DNA of 64,000 nucleotides. Source: Eledone cirrhosa (Eukaryota). Below, one piece after another: positions 29,580 through 43,204 of this stretch. The stretch's first letter is position 1; each line of letters opens with the position of its first letter. The stretch is from the NCBI GenBank assembly GCA_964016885.1, contig OZ024741.1:41416001-41480000 (forward strand), given 5' to 3'. Below the pieces are notes generated by a model that saw only the letters and a list, made by a program, of their open reading frames with translations, ran no database searches and was not told where the DNA came from. A program made the translations under genes and the position numbers.

Positions 29580-30180
29580 AAAACACAAGCCTTATGGTCT
29601 ACAGCACATTGTCTTATAGAAACTTCTAGTTATCCTCCATGTTGTAGGTCTGTATCCCCTCTTTCTCGTGTCAAGAACTGACCTGACCTGATGTTTCGCA
29701 AAGGGTTTTTTTTTCAATTTCCATACCTTCTTTCTCCAGTTTGTCTTATGTCCCTGAGTCTTTCTAGCCCTCACACTGATGAAACTGATCACTAGTCTAT
29801 ATTAGGTTACACATTCTTCACTGAGGAAATGACTTTGTATTCATAACCAACTATCTGTCTATATTATTTCTTAGTAAATATGAAGTTAATCTGACTTGAT
29901 CACCTGATTGGTAGGTGATCAAGAGGCTGGTGGAAGTTAGTATTGTATCCTTAACCACCATGTACTCTAGAGCAGCTATCCCGGTGATATCCAGCATGTC
30001 CATTAAAGTCACCAGTCATGCAATATATGATGTCACTCATTTGTTATCAGGGTGGTCTGCAAGAGGGCCTCGTAGAAACGGTCCTTTGGCTTATCAGCCA
30101 GCCTTGATTAAAGTATGTAAGCAGAGATGACAGATGCCACAGTGCTATCGATAACTAGTCACTAAGTTCCACTACTCCTT
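29580..30180 (-). mobile_element. Degraded RTE endonuclease-region fragment
   Basis: Minus-strand KDRFYEALLQTT and RKKVWKLK resemble KDRFYETLMHTT and RRKLWKLK of the 60903 element. Confidence 0.65.
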
Positions 30181-30310
30181 CATTTACCAGAACTATCTTA
30201 ATATGGACAAAGAAACAAAAAGCAAAAATAGAAACTATTTTTTTATTATCAAATTTACAAATGTCATTTCATATGAGAACTAATTACACTTACACACACA
30301 TTAATACCGT

Positions 30311-30840
30311 GGAGGCATGTGGCCTAGTGGTCAGGGTGTTGAACTTATGATCATAATGTCATGGATTCAATGTCTGGACTGAGTTGTGTTTTTGAGCAAA
30401 ACACTTCATCTCACATTGCTCCAGTATACTCAGCTGAAAATGCAATGGACTAGCATCCTGTCCAGGGAGGAGTTTTGTACTCTCAACCGCCTAACGCCAT
30501 GGAGTCAAGGATAAACACTTGCCTGATGAACCTCTGGGCTTGAGACAGACTTTAGACACATTAATACTATTGTACACATACAGACATGTGAATACATGAA
30601 GTATAGTCGTTAGGGTGTTGGGTTTAAAATGATATGGTTGGCCGACCAATTGTTGTGTTCTGTCCTTGAGAAAGACACTTCTTTCTCGATGCTCCTGCCA
30701 GCTGAAAAATGATTAGCAATGGCAGCTAGGGTTTAAGCCTGCGATGGACAGGTATCCTATCCAGGAGAAAGACTTATATTCCCGACAACCTAAAGCCAAT
30801 GAAACCGGAATAACCTCTGGGCTTTGGATAGACTTCAACT
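30311..30840 (+). mobile_element. Two SINE B-related copies with a different 3' part; related heads near 24110-24230 (-), 27480-27600, 56630-56752 (-)
   Basis: ggaggcatgtggcctagtgg head, ttgagcaaaacactt...cacattgctccag centre. Confidence 0.7.
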
Positions 30841-31269
30841 TTTTTATCACACATACATACACATGAATGATATTCCATACACTAATACTATTTTACACAC
30901 ATACATTTTTTCATGCACAAACCATACATAGATACTTTAATGAATGTAATACATAAATTACCACCGCAGAAAGCCAGTTGCAAATAACTTACATAGTAAA
31001 ATGATGGCAAAGAAAATTAAATTCACGACGACAAGCAAATTGAATGCATGCACATTTATTTGTAGGATTACAGAAATGGAAGCAAGCTTTGAAACTATTA
31101 TATTTGGAGAAAATCAACTGTTATGAGCAAGGATTTTACATAGGCAGAATATGACATTTGTATTATGCAATGTAAAGAACAGAATGAAGTGAAAAGACCA
31201 AAGGCCAGTGTTTATCACATACATGAGTAAAAAAAATATATGTCTTTTACAACACGAAAATATATGCAC

Positions 31270-31504
31270 TCATGCATGCACACACATATGTTTGCATGTG
31301 TGTGTGTGTGTATATATATATATATTGTGTTTATGTCAATATGTGTATATATTCATATCTGCATGTATATATGTGTATATGTATGTATGTGTGTATATAT
31401 ATATGTATATATATATATATAAACACAAGCTCACATATATATATGTATATAAAAACACAAGGCCACACACACATATATATATATATATGTGAGCTTGTGT
31501 TATA

Positions 31505-31570
<66 letters not shown>

Positions 31571-31698
31571 CATATATATATATGTGAGCTTGTGTTTATA
31601 TATATATATACATATATATATACACATATATATATATATATGTGTGTGTGTGAGCTTGTGTTTATATATATATATATATATATATATAAACACAAGCT

Positions 31699-31752
<54 letters not shown>

Positions 31753-32430
31753 AACTGTTTAATTTTGTTCTTTAATCTATTTTTTCATACAAGCAAGTGT
31801 TATTATTTCTTTCTGGGTTTATTGGATGTCCTTCCTATAGCTAATCACTGAAGCATGAAAGGAGGGGGGAGGGGTTAAAGAGAGATATAGGGGGGGGGGA
31901 CTGTGTTATTTTCAGTTGTGTAAACTTGGAGGAGCAAACAGTTTTATGAGCTTTGCCCAAAGGGAAAACATAATAGCGAAAGGAATGATATGAGTATGTG
32001 TGTATGTTGTATATGTGTGTGTATTGTATGTGTGTGTGTGCATGTTGCATGTGTGTGTGTATGTTGCATGTGTGTGCATGTTGCATGTGTGTGCATGTTG
32101 TATATGTGTGTATATTGCATGTATGTGTGTGCATGTGTATGTGTATGATGCATGTGTGTGTGTATGGTGCATGTGTCTGTATGTTGCATGTGTGTGCATG
32201 TTGCATGTGTTAGTATGGCATGTATGTTGCATGGGTGTATGATGCACATGTGTGTATGCAAATATGTGTATGCATGTGTTGCACACACATGTGTGTGCTT
32301 CAAGAATATATATTGAATATATTTCACTTTGGGATACTGGTTGACTCTTTGAGAGACTCAAAAGCTGTTAACCATCTTTTCAATAATTTCAAGCAATATA
32401 TATATATAAATATATATAATATACATACAC

Positions 32431-32465
<35 letters not shown>

Positions 32466-32514
32466 TATATATATATATACACACACATGTATGTAGGAAA
32501 AGTGTCAGACCCCA

Positions 32515-32577
<63 letters not shown>

Positions 32578-32690
32578 GTATAAATATATACATATATATA
32601 TAAATGTGTATGTATATGTAAGTATATATATATATATATATATATAAATGTGTATGTATATGTAAGTATAAAAATATATATATATATATA
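31270..32690. repeat. Compound TA/TG microsatellite field
   Basis: Direct inspection. Confidence 0.9.
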
Positions 32691-32992
32691 TAATATTGGA
32701 AACAAAACCAAAAGGAAATACATACCACCACTAAGACAACAAGAAAATATATAAAAATGAATAATTGTCTAGCATTAAGTACAAGGCCAGCAATTTGGGA
32801 GATGAGGAAAATCAATTATATTGACCCCAGTACATAACTGGTACTTTATTTTATTAATTCTGCAAGAATCAAAGGAAAAGTTGGCCTTAGTGAGATTCAG
32901 CTTCCAGGATTAATTAAATAAAGTACTAGTTAAATACTCTCCTCCATATTGCTAGACTTGTGCCAAAATTTGAAATCAATAACAATAATAAT

Positions 32993-33057
<65 letters not shown>

Positions 33058-33854
33058 TAATAAAGAGCCGGAAAATATACACATGACCAAAAAAAAAATC
33101 ATAAAAATAGCAACAAACTGAACCAAAATATAACAAATGGCACCAGCAGAATATATATATATATAGAGAGAGAGAAGATCACTGTTTTTCGACTTAATGA
33201 AGCGATGTATATTGAAGAAACAGTTGCAGATAGATATAGCATTGTTGCAGAAGAACTAACCTCACTGTGAAAGCTTCCATACAAAATGCTGTAGACAGCA
33301 GTAAGAGGTTGCCAGATTTTAGTAGTAGGTTACAAGAGCAACACAGACCAATTTCAATGAACTTCCCGTCTGCAAATACAACAACAAGGACTTTGCCATC
33401 ACAGGAAATCTTACCAGTTCCCAGCTAAGTTATAGACAGGTGTTTATATGTCTGCATGCATGTGTATATGTGTGTGTGTGTGCATGTGTGTGTGTGTGTG
33501 TTTGTGTGTGTGTGTTTATTTGTGAGTGTGTATCTGTGAGTGTGCGCATGTGTATGTATGCGTGTGTGTGTTTGTTTATGTGTGTGCACGTGTGTGTGTG
33601 TGCGCATACCTATGTGTGCTTACATACTCTATACTCTACATTTAGTCTTTTTTGAGGCAAAGTTTTTAGCCAAGAGCATGCATGAATATGTGTGTGTGTG
33701 TATGTGTGTGTGTGGTGCGTGTGTGGTGTGTGTGAAGGAGGTCCTCTTATTATTATTTGCATAATTGTAATCCATGCAATATATTTTTGAAACTTAGAAG
33801 TTTTATTTTTTTTTTTTTTATTAATAAATTATATATTATCGAACAAAATTGAAA

Positions 33855-33924
33855 TACCGTCCTGTATTGTCCTGTACTATCCTTAAAGTCTACTTTATGT
33901 AAACCCTTGTGGTTAATAAAAAAG

Positions 33925-33955
<31 letters not shown>
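33855..33955 (+). mobile_element. Solo 3' end of the same Tx1/L1-like family
   Basis: Matches 35026-35117. Confidence 0.85.
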
Positions 33956-35117
33956 GTGGAAGGGACACGCTCCGATGATCAGGCGGTCCATCTGCTGTCA
34001 ACACCAGCTACGTGGAGGGCTGGGCATGCCGTGGCTGATGATGCGCAGACACGTGCTCAGGCTACAACATCTTCACCTCTTCCTCGACGGTGATCAGGTG
34101 TGGTCGCCATTTACTAGAAGCGTCTTTCCCCAGCTTGTCTCCTTGACGGAGCTGCAGTCCTGGGTCAAGCGAAGACCGAGAGGGAGCGCTTGGAGACTGG
34201 AATGTCTTCAGGCGCTCACAGCCCTCGACCAGTCGGGCAATGTGATCGGTCGAAACTTCACCTTGGTGTTCTATAGAGGATTAGTGGAGGGGAAGAGCGA
34301 CGACGTACTTGGGGAAACTCTAGGCGTCGACGAAAACCAACTAGCCAATCTCTTCGGAAGAACTTTCGGGCCGGGGCCTATGGACTGTTTCCAGAAATCC
34401 CTGGCCTGGCAATGCTACCAAGGAGCTTTGCCAGTATTGGATAAACTCTACAGGCATGGAAGTGCCGTCAGCCAGGCATGCACGCAGTCATCCAGTGTCC
34501 GAACATTGCTGACATGTGGGTTTATGTCGAACACCTGCTGCCGCGTGTAGAACGGATCCGGCTATCAGCTGAGTCCATCGTGAGGATTGCCCCGCCCTCT
34601 TCCTTTAGCTGGGAAGGGCTGGCAGTTTTTATCTGTCTGATGGCCATGGCGAAAGAGATAGTATGGTGGACGCATCTGAAAGGGCTGAAGACGAGCACTT
34701 ACTTCTTCGGTGATGCCCTGATTAACTTTTTCAAATTTCATTTGAAAAGGAAAATCAGGGTAGAGAGGGAGGTGCTCTCTTCCCACCATTATTTTGAAAG
34801 ATGGGTGAGAGAGACAATAATGACCCGAGTGAATGGGCCTACTCTGAGTATGTGCCTGTAAATTGAAGGTGGAAAACTGGGAGAGGGCACTTGCTCTGGT
34901 GGTCAGGGTCACCGTGGCATTTTTAATGGGCTTTCTCCACGATGGCCCCTATTGGGGAATTTTTCAGTTTCTCTTTTGTTACATCCTCTGTTTTTGTTTT
35001 TTTTTACATGCAGAAATGCCCATTTGTACCGTCCTGCATTGTCCTATACTGTCCTTAATGTCTTACTTTGTGTAAACCCTTGTGGTTAATAAAGAAATCA
35101 TTATTATTATTATTATT
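33956..35117 (+). mobile_element. Tx1/L1-like non-LTR retrotransposon 3' fragment with (ATT)n tail
   Basis: GC-rich; RKGHAPMIRRSIC...GGLGMP, zf-RVT-like SLAWQCYQGALP...HAVIQCP with deletion/frameshift; AATAAA then (tta)n. Confidence 0.8.
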
Positions 35118-35311
35118 TGGTGGATTGGTAGTATCGGTAGAGAGTCGGACACCATGCTTTGTAGCATAGAGTTACGGTCCTTTATGGTTTGAGTTCAAAT
35201 CCCGCCGAGGTTAACTTTGCCTTTCAACCTTACGGGGTTGATAAAATAAAGTACCAGTAATGCACTGGGTTATTGCTGGCCTTGTGCCAAAAGTAGAAAC
35301 AATTATTATTA
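35118..35311 (+). mobile_element. tRNA-derived SINE family A, full copy
   Basis: B-box gagttcaaatcc, body aactttgcctttca.ccttacgggg, (att)n tail; many copies in the window. Confidence 0.85.
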
Positions 35312-35562
35312 TGCTGTGTGGGCCATTTTCTATTATGTTTGAGGGGTTCAGCCCTTTAAACAACCAACTGCCTGAAACCAGCCATGTTTCTTTGATACAA
35401 AACTGTTTATCTTAAAAATATTTATATTTATCTCAGAACCTTAGTTTGGAAAACTTAAAAATTCTTCCTCCTCAAAACAGTAAATAGCATTAGTCAAAGC
35501 GGCAAGGGATGACAATGCTTGTGTGTGTGTGGGGGGGGGGGGGTGAGTGAGTGTGTGTGTGT

Positions 35563-35593
<31 letters not shown>

Positions 35594-36401
35594 AATGTGT
35601 GTGTGTGTGAGTGTGTGTGAGTGTTTGTGTGTGTGTTTGTGTGTGAGAGTGTTTGTGTGTGAGAGTGTGTTTGTGCGTGTGAGTGTGTGTGAGTGTGAGT
35701 GAGTGTGAGTGTGAGAGTGTGAGTGTGTGTGTGAGTGTGAGTGTGTGTTTGTTCATTAACTTTTTTACAACAAAGCTGTAGTGTTTCAGCAGAACAATTG
35801 TGCAATAAGATTGATGACTCCTTTAATAAAGGTAGCACAAGGCTAGCAATATGGAAGAGAGGAATGTTGAATATATCAACAATGGTGATTGATGACCTTG
35901 AGGATGTGCTTCACACGAGATGCATGCGCTGGTATGGCCATGTCTAGTGCATTGAGAGCTGGATCAACAAAGCGATGAATGTCATTTCAGGAGGCAGTAA
36001 AGGTCCATCAAGACGAAAATGGACTTGAATGGAGGATGTCTGTTGGGATCATGCTCGGCTTGGCCTGGCAAAGGTGAGACAGACATAAACACATAGGCAG
36101 GACCCACCCCTACTTAGGGATTAATTGTGTCCTGCATAATCAAAAACTGGATGATGAAGTGAATATTTGCTTTGCTGAAACACTGTAGCTATGTTGTAAC
36201 AAAATGAATGAACCAACCTATATAGTTACTCTATTATAAATATTGAGTTCTTCATCTTTTCTGGGCTACTAAGATTACTAAATCAGAAACCATCACATAT
36301 TTAAGCGTCTGTGAATGTGTATGTATGTATATATATATATATATATTTAAGTGTGTGTGTGTGTGTGTGTATGTGTGTGTATATATATATATATATATAT
36401 A

Positions 36402-37257
36402 CAGGGTGCGGACCATATTTGTTCGCAATTTTCAAGTGCTAATTTTATGCAAATTTTTTTTACGTCCGTTATCACTCTTGTCTTCATAAAAACAGTGACT
36501 ATATTTCCATTATTTATTTTCAGAATAATTTGAACCTCCAAATTTGTGGAAGAGGCGCGGAGTTCTTCTTGGAATCCGCGACGGAAGGACAAATAAGGAC
36601 CAGAAGATCAACTCCCAGAACAACAGGTGGCTCGCTGTCTCATCCAAAGACGTGCCCAGAGTCATGCAGACAAAGTTTCCAGCGACAACATGGGTCTTAG
36701 GTGTCGTCAGCAGTCAAGGTGACGTCATGCCACCTCACTTCTTCCCTGGGGGCCTTCAAGCTGAACACCGATGGCTACATCCGCGTCCTGAGCGAGGTAG
36801 TAAAGCCCTGGATCGACCAGGTAGCTGCAGGTAGGCCGTACGTGTGGCAGCAAGACTCAGCTTCCTGCCATACTAGCCAAAAGACCCAAGCCTGGCTGTC
36901 AGAGAACTCCATCGACCACACTTCAGCTGACATCTGGCCTCCCAGCTCGCCTGACTGCAACCCCCTCGACTTCTTTGTGTGGGGCACAGTGGAACGAGAC
37001 ACCAACAGATCTAGCTGCAATACGAAAGACGATCTGAAGGCCAGGATCACAAGTGCCTTTAGGGGCCTAAGTCAGAGGACAGTGACGAAGGCCTGAGGCG
37101 GTCATCAAAGCCAATGGCGGGTTTATCGAGTGTGATCGAAAGAACAAGTCATGAAGACAAACTGACCCAAGTTTGATAAATAAATCTTAAAAAATAAAAC
37201 TACTGTGTTATTTTTTCCTAGACAGTAACCTTGCGAACAAATATCGTCTGCACCCTG
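36402..37257 (+). mobile_element. Tc1/mariner superfamily DD37D (maT) transposon, internally deleted and frameshifted
   Basis: About 27 bp TIRs (cagggtgcggaccatatttgttcgcaa / ttgcgaacaaatatcgtctgcaccctg), TA flanks, WQQD-x37-D ending WPPSSPDCNPLD. Confidence 0.93.
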
Positions 37258-37470
37258 TATACATATATACACACACACACACACGATTTGTAGTCCACAA
37301 AAATATATTCTTCTTTTTTTTTTTTTGAGACTGCAATACAAAGAAAGAACTCAATATTTTAGAACATTGAGTATTTATAAATGTAAAACTTATCTTACAT
37401 TTGTATATTTTCAAAATATGTCTATGTATTAAAACACTTCTACAAATGTAAGGTAAGTATAATGAGCATG

Positions 37471-37512
<42 letters not shown>

Positions 37513-37545
37513 CATATATACACAGCTATCTACATATGTATACAC

Positions 37546-37592
<47 letters not shown>

Positions 37593-38421
37593 AAGCTATG
37601 CAAAGAAGTCTTATGGTTACATTAGGTGAGAAAGCCATTTACAAAAGCCATAAAGAAATTAAAATGTGGAACTAAGATAAAATCCTTTTTTCTCTGCCAA
37701 ACAGCAATAGACAAAAAAAAACAACATGTATAATTAAGCAGGATAAAATAAAATAAAATAATATAAAATATAATAGAATCAGTGTAATGTAATACAGATT
37801 GATTACTTTTTAGGCTTTTGGCGTTTCATATGAGGTAGACATAAAGTGAAGCTGATATAAAGATTAGTATAGTTACAGGTTTTTATAAATTAAACCAAAA
37901 TCACTGAATTTGAACACATCATGTATATCCATAATTACTATGACCATCACTTGCAATCGAGGATGACTTTTTGATATACACTATGTTTTCATGTTTTCAT
38001 AAAAGGGCCATGTAGTTACGAGCAGACACAGGCACCCTCCAGGAAAAGCCTGATGAACCACTGTGCTTGGGATAGACATAGCTATATAGGTTACACAAAG
38101 TTTACTGAGAAGAAAATATATATAAACCAACAGTTCAAAAGTAAGAAAGAAAGAAAAATAAAGACTCAGTCATCTCTCAGGGAGATTAGAATCTGTAACT
38201 GGATAATGCTGAGCTAGACACTATACAGTATATTTGTAATATGGCCCATAGTCACTCAACAACACATCAACATCATCTTCATTTTACAAACCTTTTTCTA
38301 TCAGGCTGTCATGGCTTTGATGAAATGCTTTTGTGATGGAAATTCCAAGTCTGAATGCACTTCTTGATGATAACTTTTTACTGTATTTTTTAAAGAAAGA
38401 TACAGATTTTAACATGTATGA

Positions 38422-38675
38422 TGTTTAGCTACCATGTCTGACTGCCTAGATACCATGTCTGAATGCTTAGCTACCATGGCTGACTGCTTAGTTAATGCTT
38501 AGCTACCATGCCTGACTGTTTAGCTACCGTGGCAGACTGCTTAGCTACAGCTTAGCTACCATGGCTGACTGCTTAGTTAATGCTTAGCTACCATGCCTGA
38601 CTGTTTAGCTACCGTGGCAGACTGCTTAGCTACTGCTTAGCTACCATGGCTGACTGCTTAGCCACTGCTTAGCTC
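38422..38675. repeat. Minisatellite of 21-bp gcttagctaccatggctgact units with 11-bp sub-units
   Basis: Direct inspection; higher-order duplication of about 85 bp. Confidence 0.9.
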
Positions 38676-39819
38676 ATGTAAAACATAAACAATCATCACC
38701 GTCAGCACTAGAGATATCAAATGAGAAGTGAAGCCATAAGTAGATAACTATACCCACACATTCACATGAGAATCAAAACCCATATCTGGGATTCTGGGAT
38801 TCAATCACACAACCTTATGATTGTATCCTCGATATATTAACCACTGGACTAGAAAAATGTATATAAAATTGGAAATGTATACTTGTTCATATTGTTAGGT
38901 CTACTTTTGGTTCGAGAAAGAAATAATAATATATCCAAACAAGTGAATATTTGTTCAAATTTTCTAATGTGTGATGTAAAGGGGAAATGACAAGTACATA
39001 ACTGATTGGCAGCGAAAGGAGTGAAGATGGCCAAGAATAATCTTTCTCTTTATTGATCCTCACTTCAGATAGAAAAACTAGGAAATATCTAAGACAGCCA
39101 ACAGGAAATTGTATCTGCTTGTGTTGTGGACACATGTTTGTGTTAAACTTATAATCTAATGGCCCGGTAGAGTTTCTTTCCAAGCATGGTCAGATAACAA
39201 AGGCACCACTCCATAACAACAGTACATTTGATGGACTACGACAACAGTCAATAGATTTTTTATAGTGGAGATCTCGATACACACACATATGCATGAGAGA
39301 GAGACTGAAGGAAAGAAAGACAGAGTATGAGAGTGAGTGAGACAGACAGACAGAGAATATAGTGTTCAGTATTTATCTTAAGTTCAACAGAGATTACACA
39401 CACACACACATGCACATACATATAGAGACATGATAGGACAAAGAGAGAAAGAGAGGGATGGGGGAAGGGTGAGAGAGAGAGAGTATAGTGTCCTTTTTAT
39501 ATGTTCAACCAACAAACATCATTAGAGACACAAACATAGTCACAAAAGAGAGAGGAGGTGGAGCAGACAAACTAACCAATAGACAATATAGTGGACTGTC
39601 TCTACCATATGTTCAGCTAACAGAGATCATTATACACACATATACGAGAGAGAGAGACTGACAGACAGACAAAGAGATAAACAGAGAGACAGACAGACAA
39701 CATTGGGGTCTGTCTTTACCATATGTGCAACAATGGCCTAATCTTTCTATTATTTTCTCAGGTGATGGATTTGTTATATTACTTGGCCTAAACTGATTAG
39801 CTAAAAACAGAATACTCCT

Positions 39820-40085
39820 ACTTCACACCACACCACATCACTTCACTCCACACCAGTTCAATCCACATCACTCCACTCCAGTGCACACCACAACACTCCA
39901 CTCTAGTTCACACACCACACCAGTTCAGTTCACACCACTCTACTCCACACCACTCCGCACCACTCCACACCACTCTACTTCAGTCTAGACCACACCACAC
40001 CACTTCAGTCCACACCACTTCAGTCCACACCACACTGCTCCATTCAAATTCACACCACACCACACTATACCACACCACACCTCAA
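39820..40085. repeat. Degenerate pentamer repeat (cacac/ctcca/ttcag)
   Basis: Direct inspection. Confidence 0.8.
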
Positions 40086-40241
40086 CACATTTCTTTAATA
40101 AACATTAAAAAGGGGTTCAATGAAAACAATGAAAGAAAAATTGTCATCAATTGGTAAAACTTCCCAGAAGTGACTAGGAAACTGGAAACCCGGAGAGAAT
40201 ACTTGCAATAGTTTGGACTTTGCTAAAGACACTGAAAAGCC

Positions 40242-40285
<44 letters not shown>

Positions 40286-40529
40286 AGTGGTGGTGGTTTA
40301 AGAAGGCTGCAGAATAAATCTACTATCTACAATCCAGGGAGGCCACAGCATGGTTTGCAGTCAGGGAAGTCAGATAGCAAAGAGCAAGAAGAAAAAATAC
40401 TGCAAAGCATCATCTGAACTGATACACTAACAATTCTGCCAAATCCACTGCCATAGATTGGTATTTCACTTTATCAACCCCCGAAAGAACAAGAGCAAGA
40501 AATAAGTCATGTAAAACATTTTGTATAAC

Positions 40530-40865
40530 GATTACAAAGATTCACCCCAGATAGAGCTGCTACTTCTCTAAATTCAGAGATCACGGCTCCGATACTATGG
40601 GCATGTGGCTAGAATATCTCAGGAAAGAATCACTGGACACATTTTATGAGAAAAACTAACTGACAAGAGACCAAGGTGTAGACTCCAAGCTAGATGGTTG
40701 GATAACGTCCATGAGCTTAGTTGGTCTTGTGGTCTTGATTAGGGATCCAGCAGGATCAGTTGGAGATGGTTGCTTCTGACAGGGTTAACTGGCAAGAGTG
40801 TTAGAGGACCCTGCACCCACAACCCTCTCAGGAATAAGTAGACAAAGAAGAAGGAGAAGAAGACT
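40530..40865 (+). mobile_element. LINE (RTE-like) 3' fragment, third family
   Basis: IQRSRLRYYGHVARISQER translation, (aga)n-like tail, homologous to 49500-49935 on the minus strand. Confidence 0.7.
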
Positions 40866-42555
40866 ACCAATTTTGCCAGCACTATGCTAAATCACAAAAG
40901 TCAGCTCTATTCCATAAAATACAGCTTGTAGTTTCAGCTATGTTTTCTCTCCTACCTTCTCCACCATAAACCAATATATGAAAACCTAAGACATGAAGAA
41001 GCTCTCGTAAAGTACATAAAGTTGAAAATACAAACAAAACAAAAAAAAAAGAAAAATAGAAAATAAATATCTATACATTTTTCATTTCCTATTTCTTTTT
41101 CTTTTGCTCTAACATTTGTCGAATGTTTTAAAGACAAGTTTTTGTAGAGTGACAAACAGACATATCTTGATCTCAGAGGGAACATAACATAGTTGATTAA
41201 AATTAAGATCAAATATATACTTTGAAATAACTATTTCAACAGAACACCACAACCTTTATGTTGAAGACATATATCAACAAATTCTCCAGTGTAAGCAACT
41301 TGTAACATGAACAAATAAACAAATAACAAAAACAATGATGTTGATGATGGTGGTGGTGGTGGGGAGATGGTGATCATATTTTTAACTTTGGTATATCATC
41401 ACCATTATCGTCATCCACAGTATCCAGTTTAAAATAGGTACACTCCATCATAGCATATTGTAAGAGGCATCTAACAGGGTTGGCACCAGGAAGGGAATCT
41501 GGTTGTTAAAAAGGGTCCCTCCAAAGGAACCCCATGACAAGTATGAAGCCTATCATGGAACCTGCAGGGAAAATGGCTTTAAAACCCTTGTAAAAGTTGT
41601 ATGTCAACATAATCATCATCATTTTACATCTGCTATCATTGCTGACATAGGTTTGAGGGTCTGTCACAGTCTGAATCAGTTACTAATCAGGATTATTAGG
41701 TTGATTGGCCAAATATATCTTATTCCTATGTTACACTTTTAGCATGGTTTATGATTTAATCCACTTCCGAGCACCAACCTCATTACATAATGTACTGCAT
41801 GCATTTTATTGGGTCACCAGCACTAGAGAGTTTGCCATGTCCTCATCACCATCATCATCACTGTTAAACTTAATTCCAACCATTACAAGACACATGCTTA
41901 TTTGATCAGGCACACAAAGAAAATCATATTAAAACAACCCAGGCAAGATTTGAACTCAGAATGCAACAAAAAAGAACTAAATACTGAAAGGCTTTTGCTA
42001 TAAAAATGATGCCAATTATTTTACAGATGTCAAATTAATCTGGAAGAAAAGTTCCTGCTAAATATATTGGTATAAATATGTTATGACCAATACAGAGCTT
42101 TACTGTGTATTTTAGAAGTGGTCGTATAGGTCTACGCACGACGATCTTTTGGGATCGCTGGCTTAGGATGACCCCAACCTTGTTGAGCAAGTGCAAGAAG
42201 AAGATGGTGGTATATGTATTATTATTAGTGGTAGAATAGTGGTGGTCATGCCAGAAGAAATTGATCATGGTGAGTAGTAGTGGTGGTGGTGGTGGTGGTA
42301 GTAGTGGTGGTGGTGGTAGTAGTAGTGGTGGTGGTGGTAGTGATGGTGGTGGTAGTAGTGGTGGTGGTGGTAGTATTGATAGTAGCAGAAGCAAATGCAA
42401 CAGCAGTAACAACAATCAACTTTAATCACACACACATTATATGTATATATTTTCCTAGAGATGACAACTTAAATGGACCTGTTTTTTTTTCTCTAAACAC
42501 TTTGTTTCATTTCCACCACTTCTCAATGTTTCTATTTCTTTAATTTCTCATTCTA

Positions 42556-42591
42556 TTTTCTGATGAAGGACTAGCACCCGAAACATTAAGA
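42556..42591 (+). ncRNA. Degenerate minimal hammerhead, paralog of 45298-45333
   Basis: tttt-ctgatga-aggactagcaccc-gaaacatt-aaga; downstream flank 42590-42665 is homologous to the reverse complement of 45228-45300. Confidence 0.5.
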
Positions 42592-43204
42592 CTCTTTTCC
42601 TATTATATCAAGTGTAAAACTAATAATATATTTCTTCATTGTACTGTGTCATTTGCTTTGTTATTCCTGCATACATACATATATTTTTCATCATCATCAT
42701 CATACATCTGCTTTTCTGCGCTTGCGAGGGTTAGATGGGTCATTTTCAGCACAGCATCTCGCTACTCATCCCTACCCATTGTCATCTCTACCATTAGCAA
42801 TTTGAGATCCACTCACACACACTCATATATGTTAAATAGATAAGTGACCTGCTCCCTACAAGGTGGTCTGTCAGGCAATTCCAAGCATTTCCTGATGAAG
42901 TGACAGTATAGACAATGAAACAGTTAAATAGACATTGCATAAGACACATTGATGGAGTACTTTCATCGACTGGCTCACTGATGCCTTAGTTATATTACAT
43001 ATATTACAACTAACTGTACAGATTGTCATTTCCATGAGAGATAATCAACATCTAATTGGATAACATTGCAGGTTTACATCAAAGCTAGCAAGGCTTCATG
43101 CCAAAATGTGTGCAATGGATACTGTTCTTGTTTGTTACTTAATAGAAGAATTATTTCAATAGCTTTCTTCAGTTTATTTCACTATTTTTCCTGGACACAG
43201 CACG

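Noticed and set aside
29776-29790. ctgatgaaac as a hammerhead core
   Set aside because: No stem II or flanking stems; lies within an RTE remnant
38422-38675. CRISPR-like array
   Set aside because: No unique spacers, no cas genes, eukaryotic context
38887-39183. 98-aa minus-strand ORF in unique sequence (likewise 4676-4954 and 56182-56466)
   Set aside because: No recognisable domain or convincing splice structure
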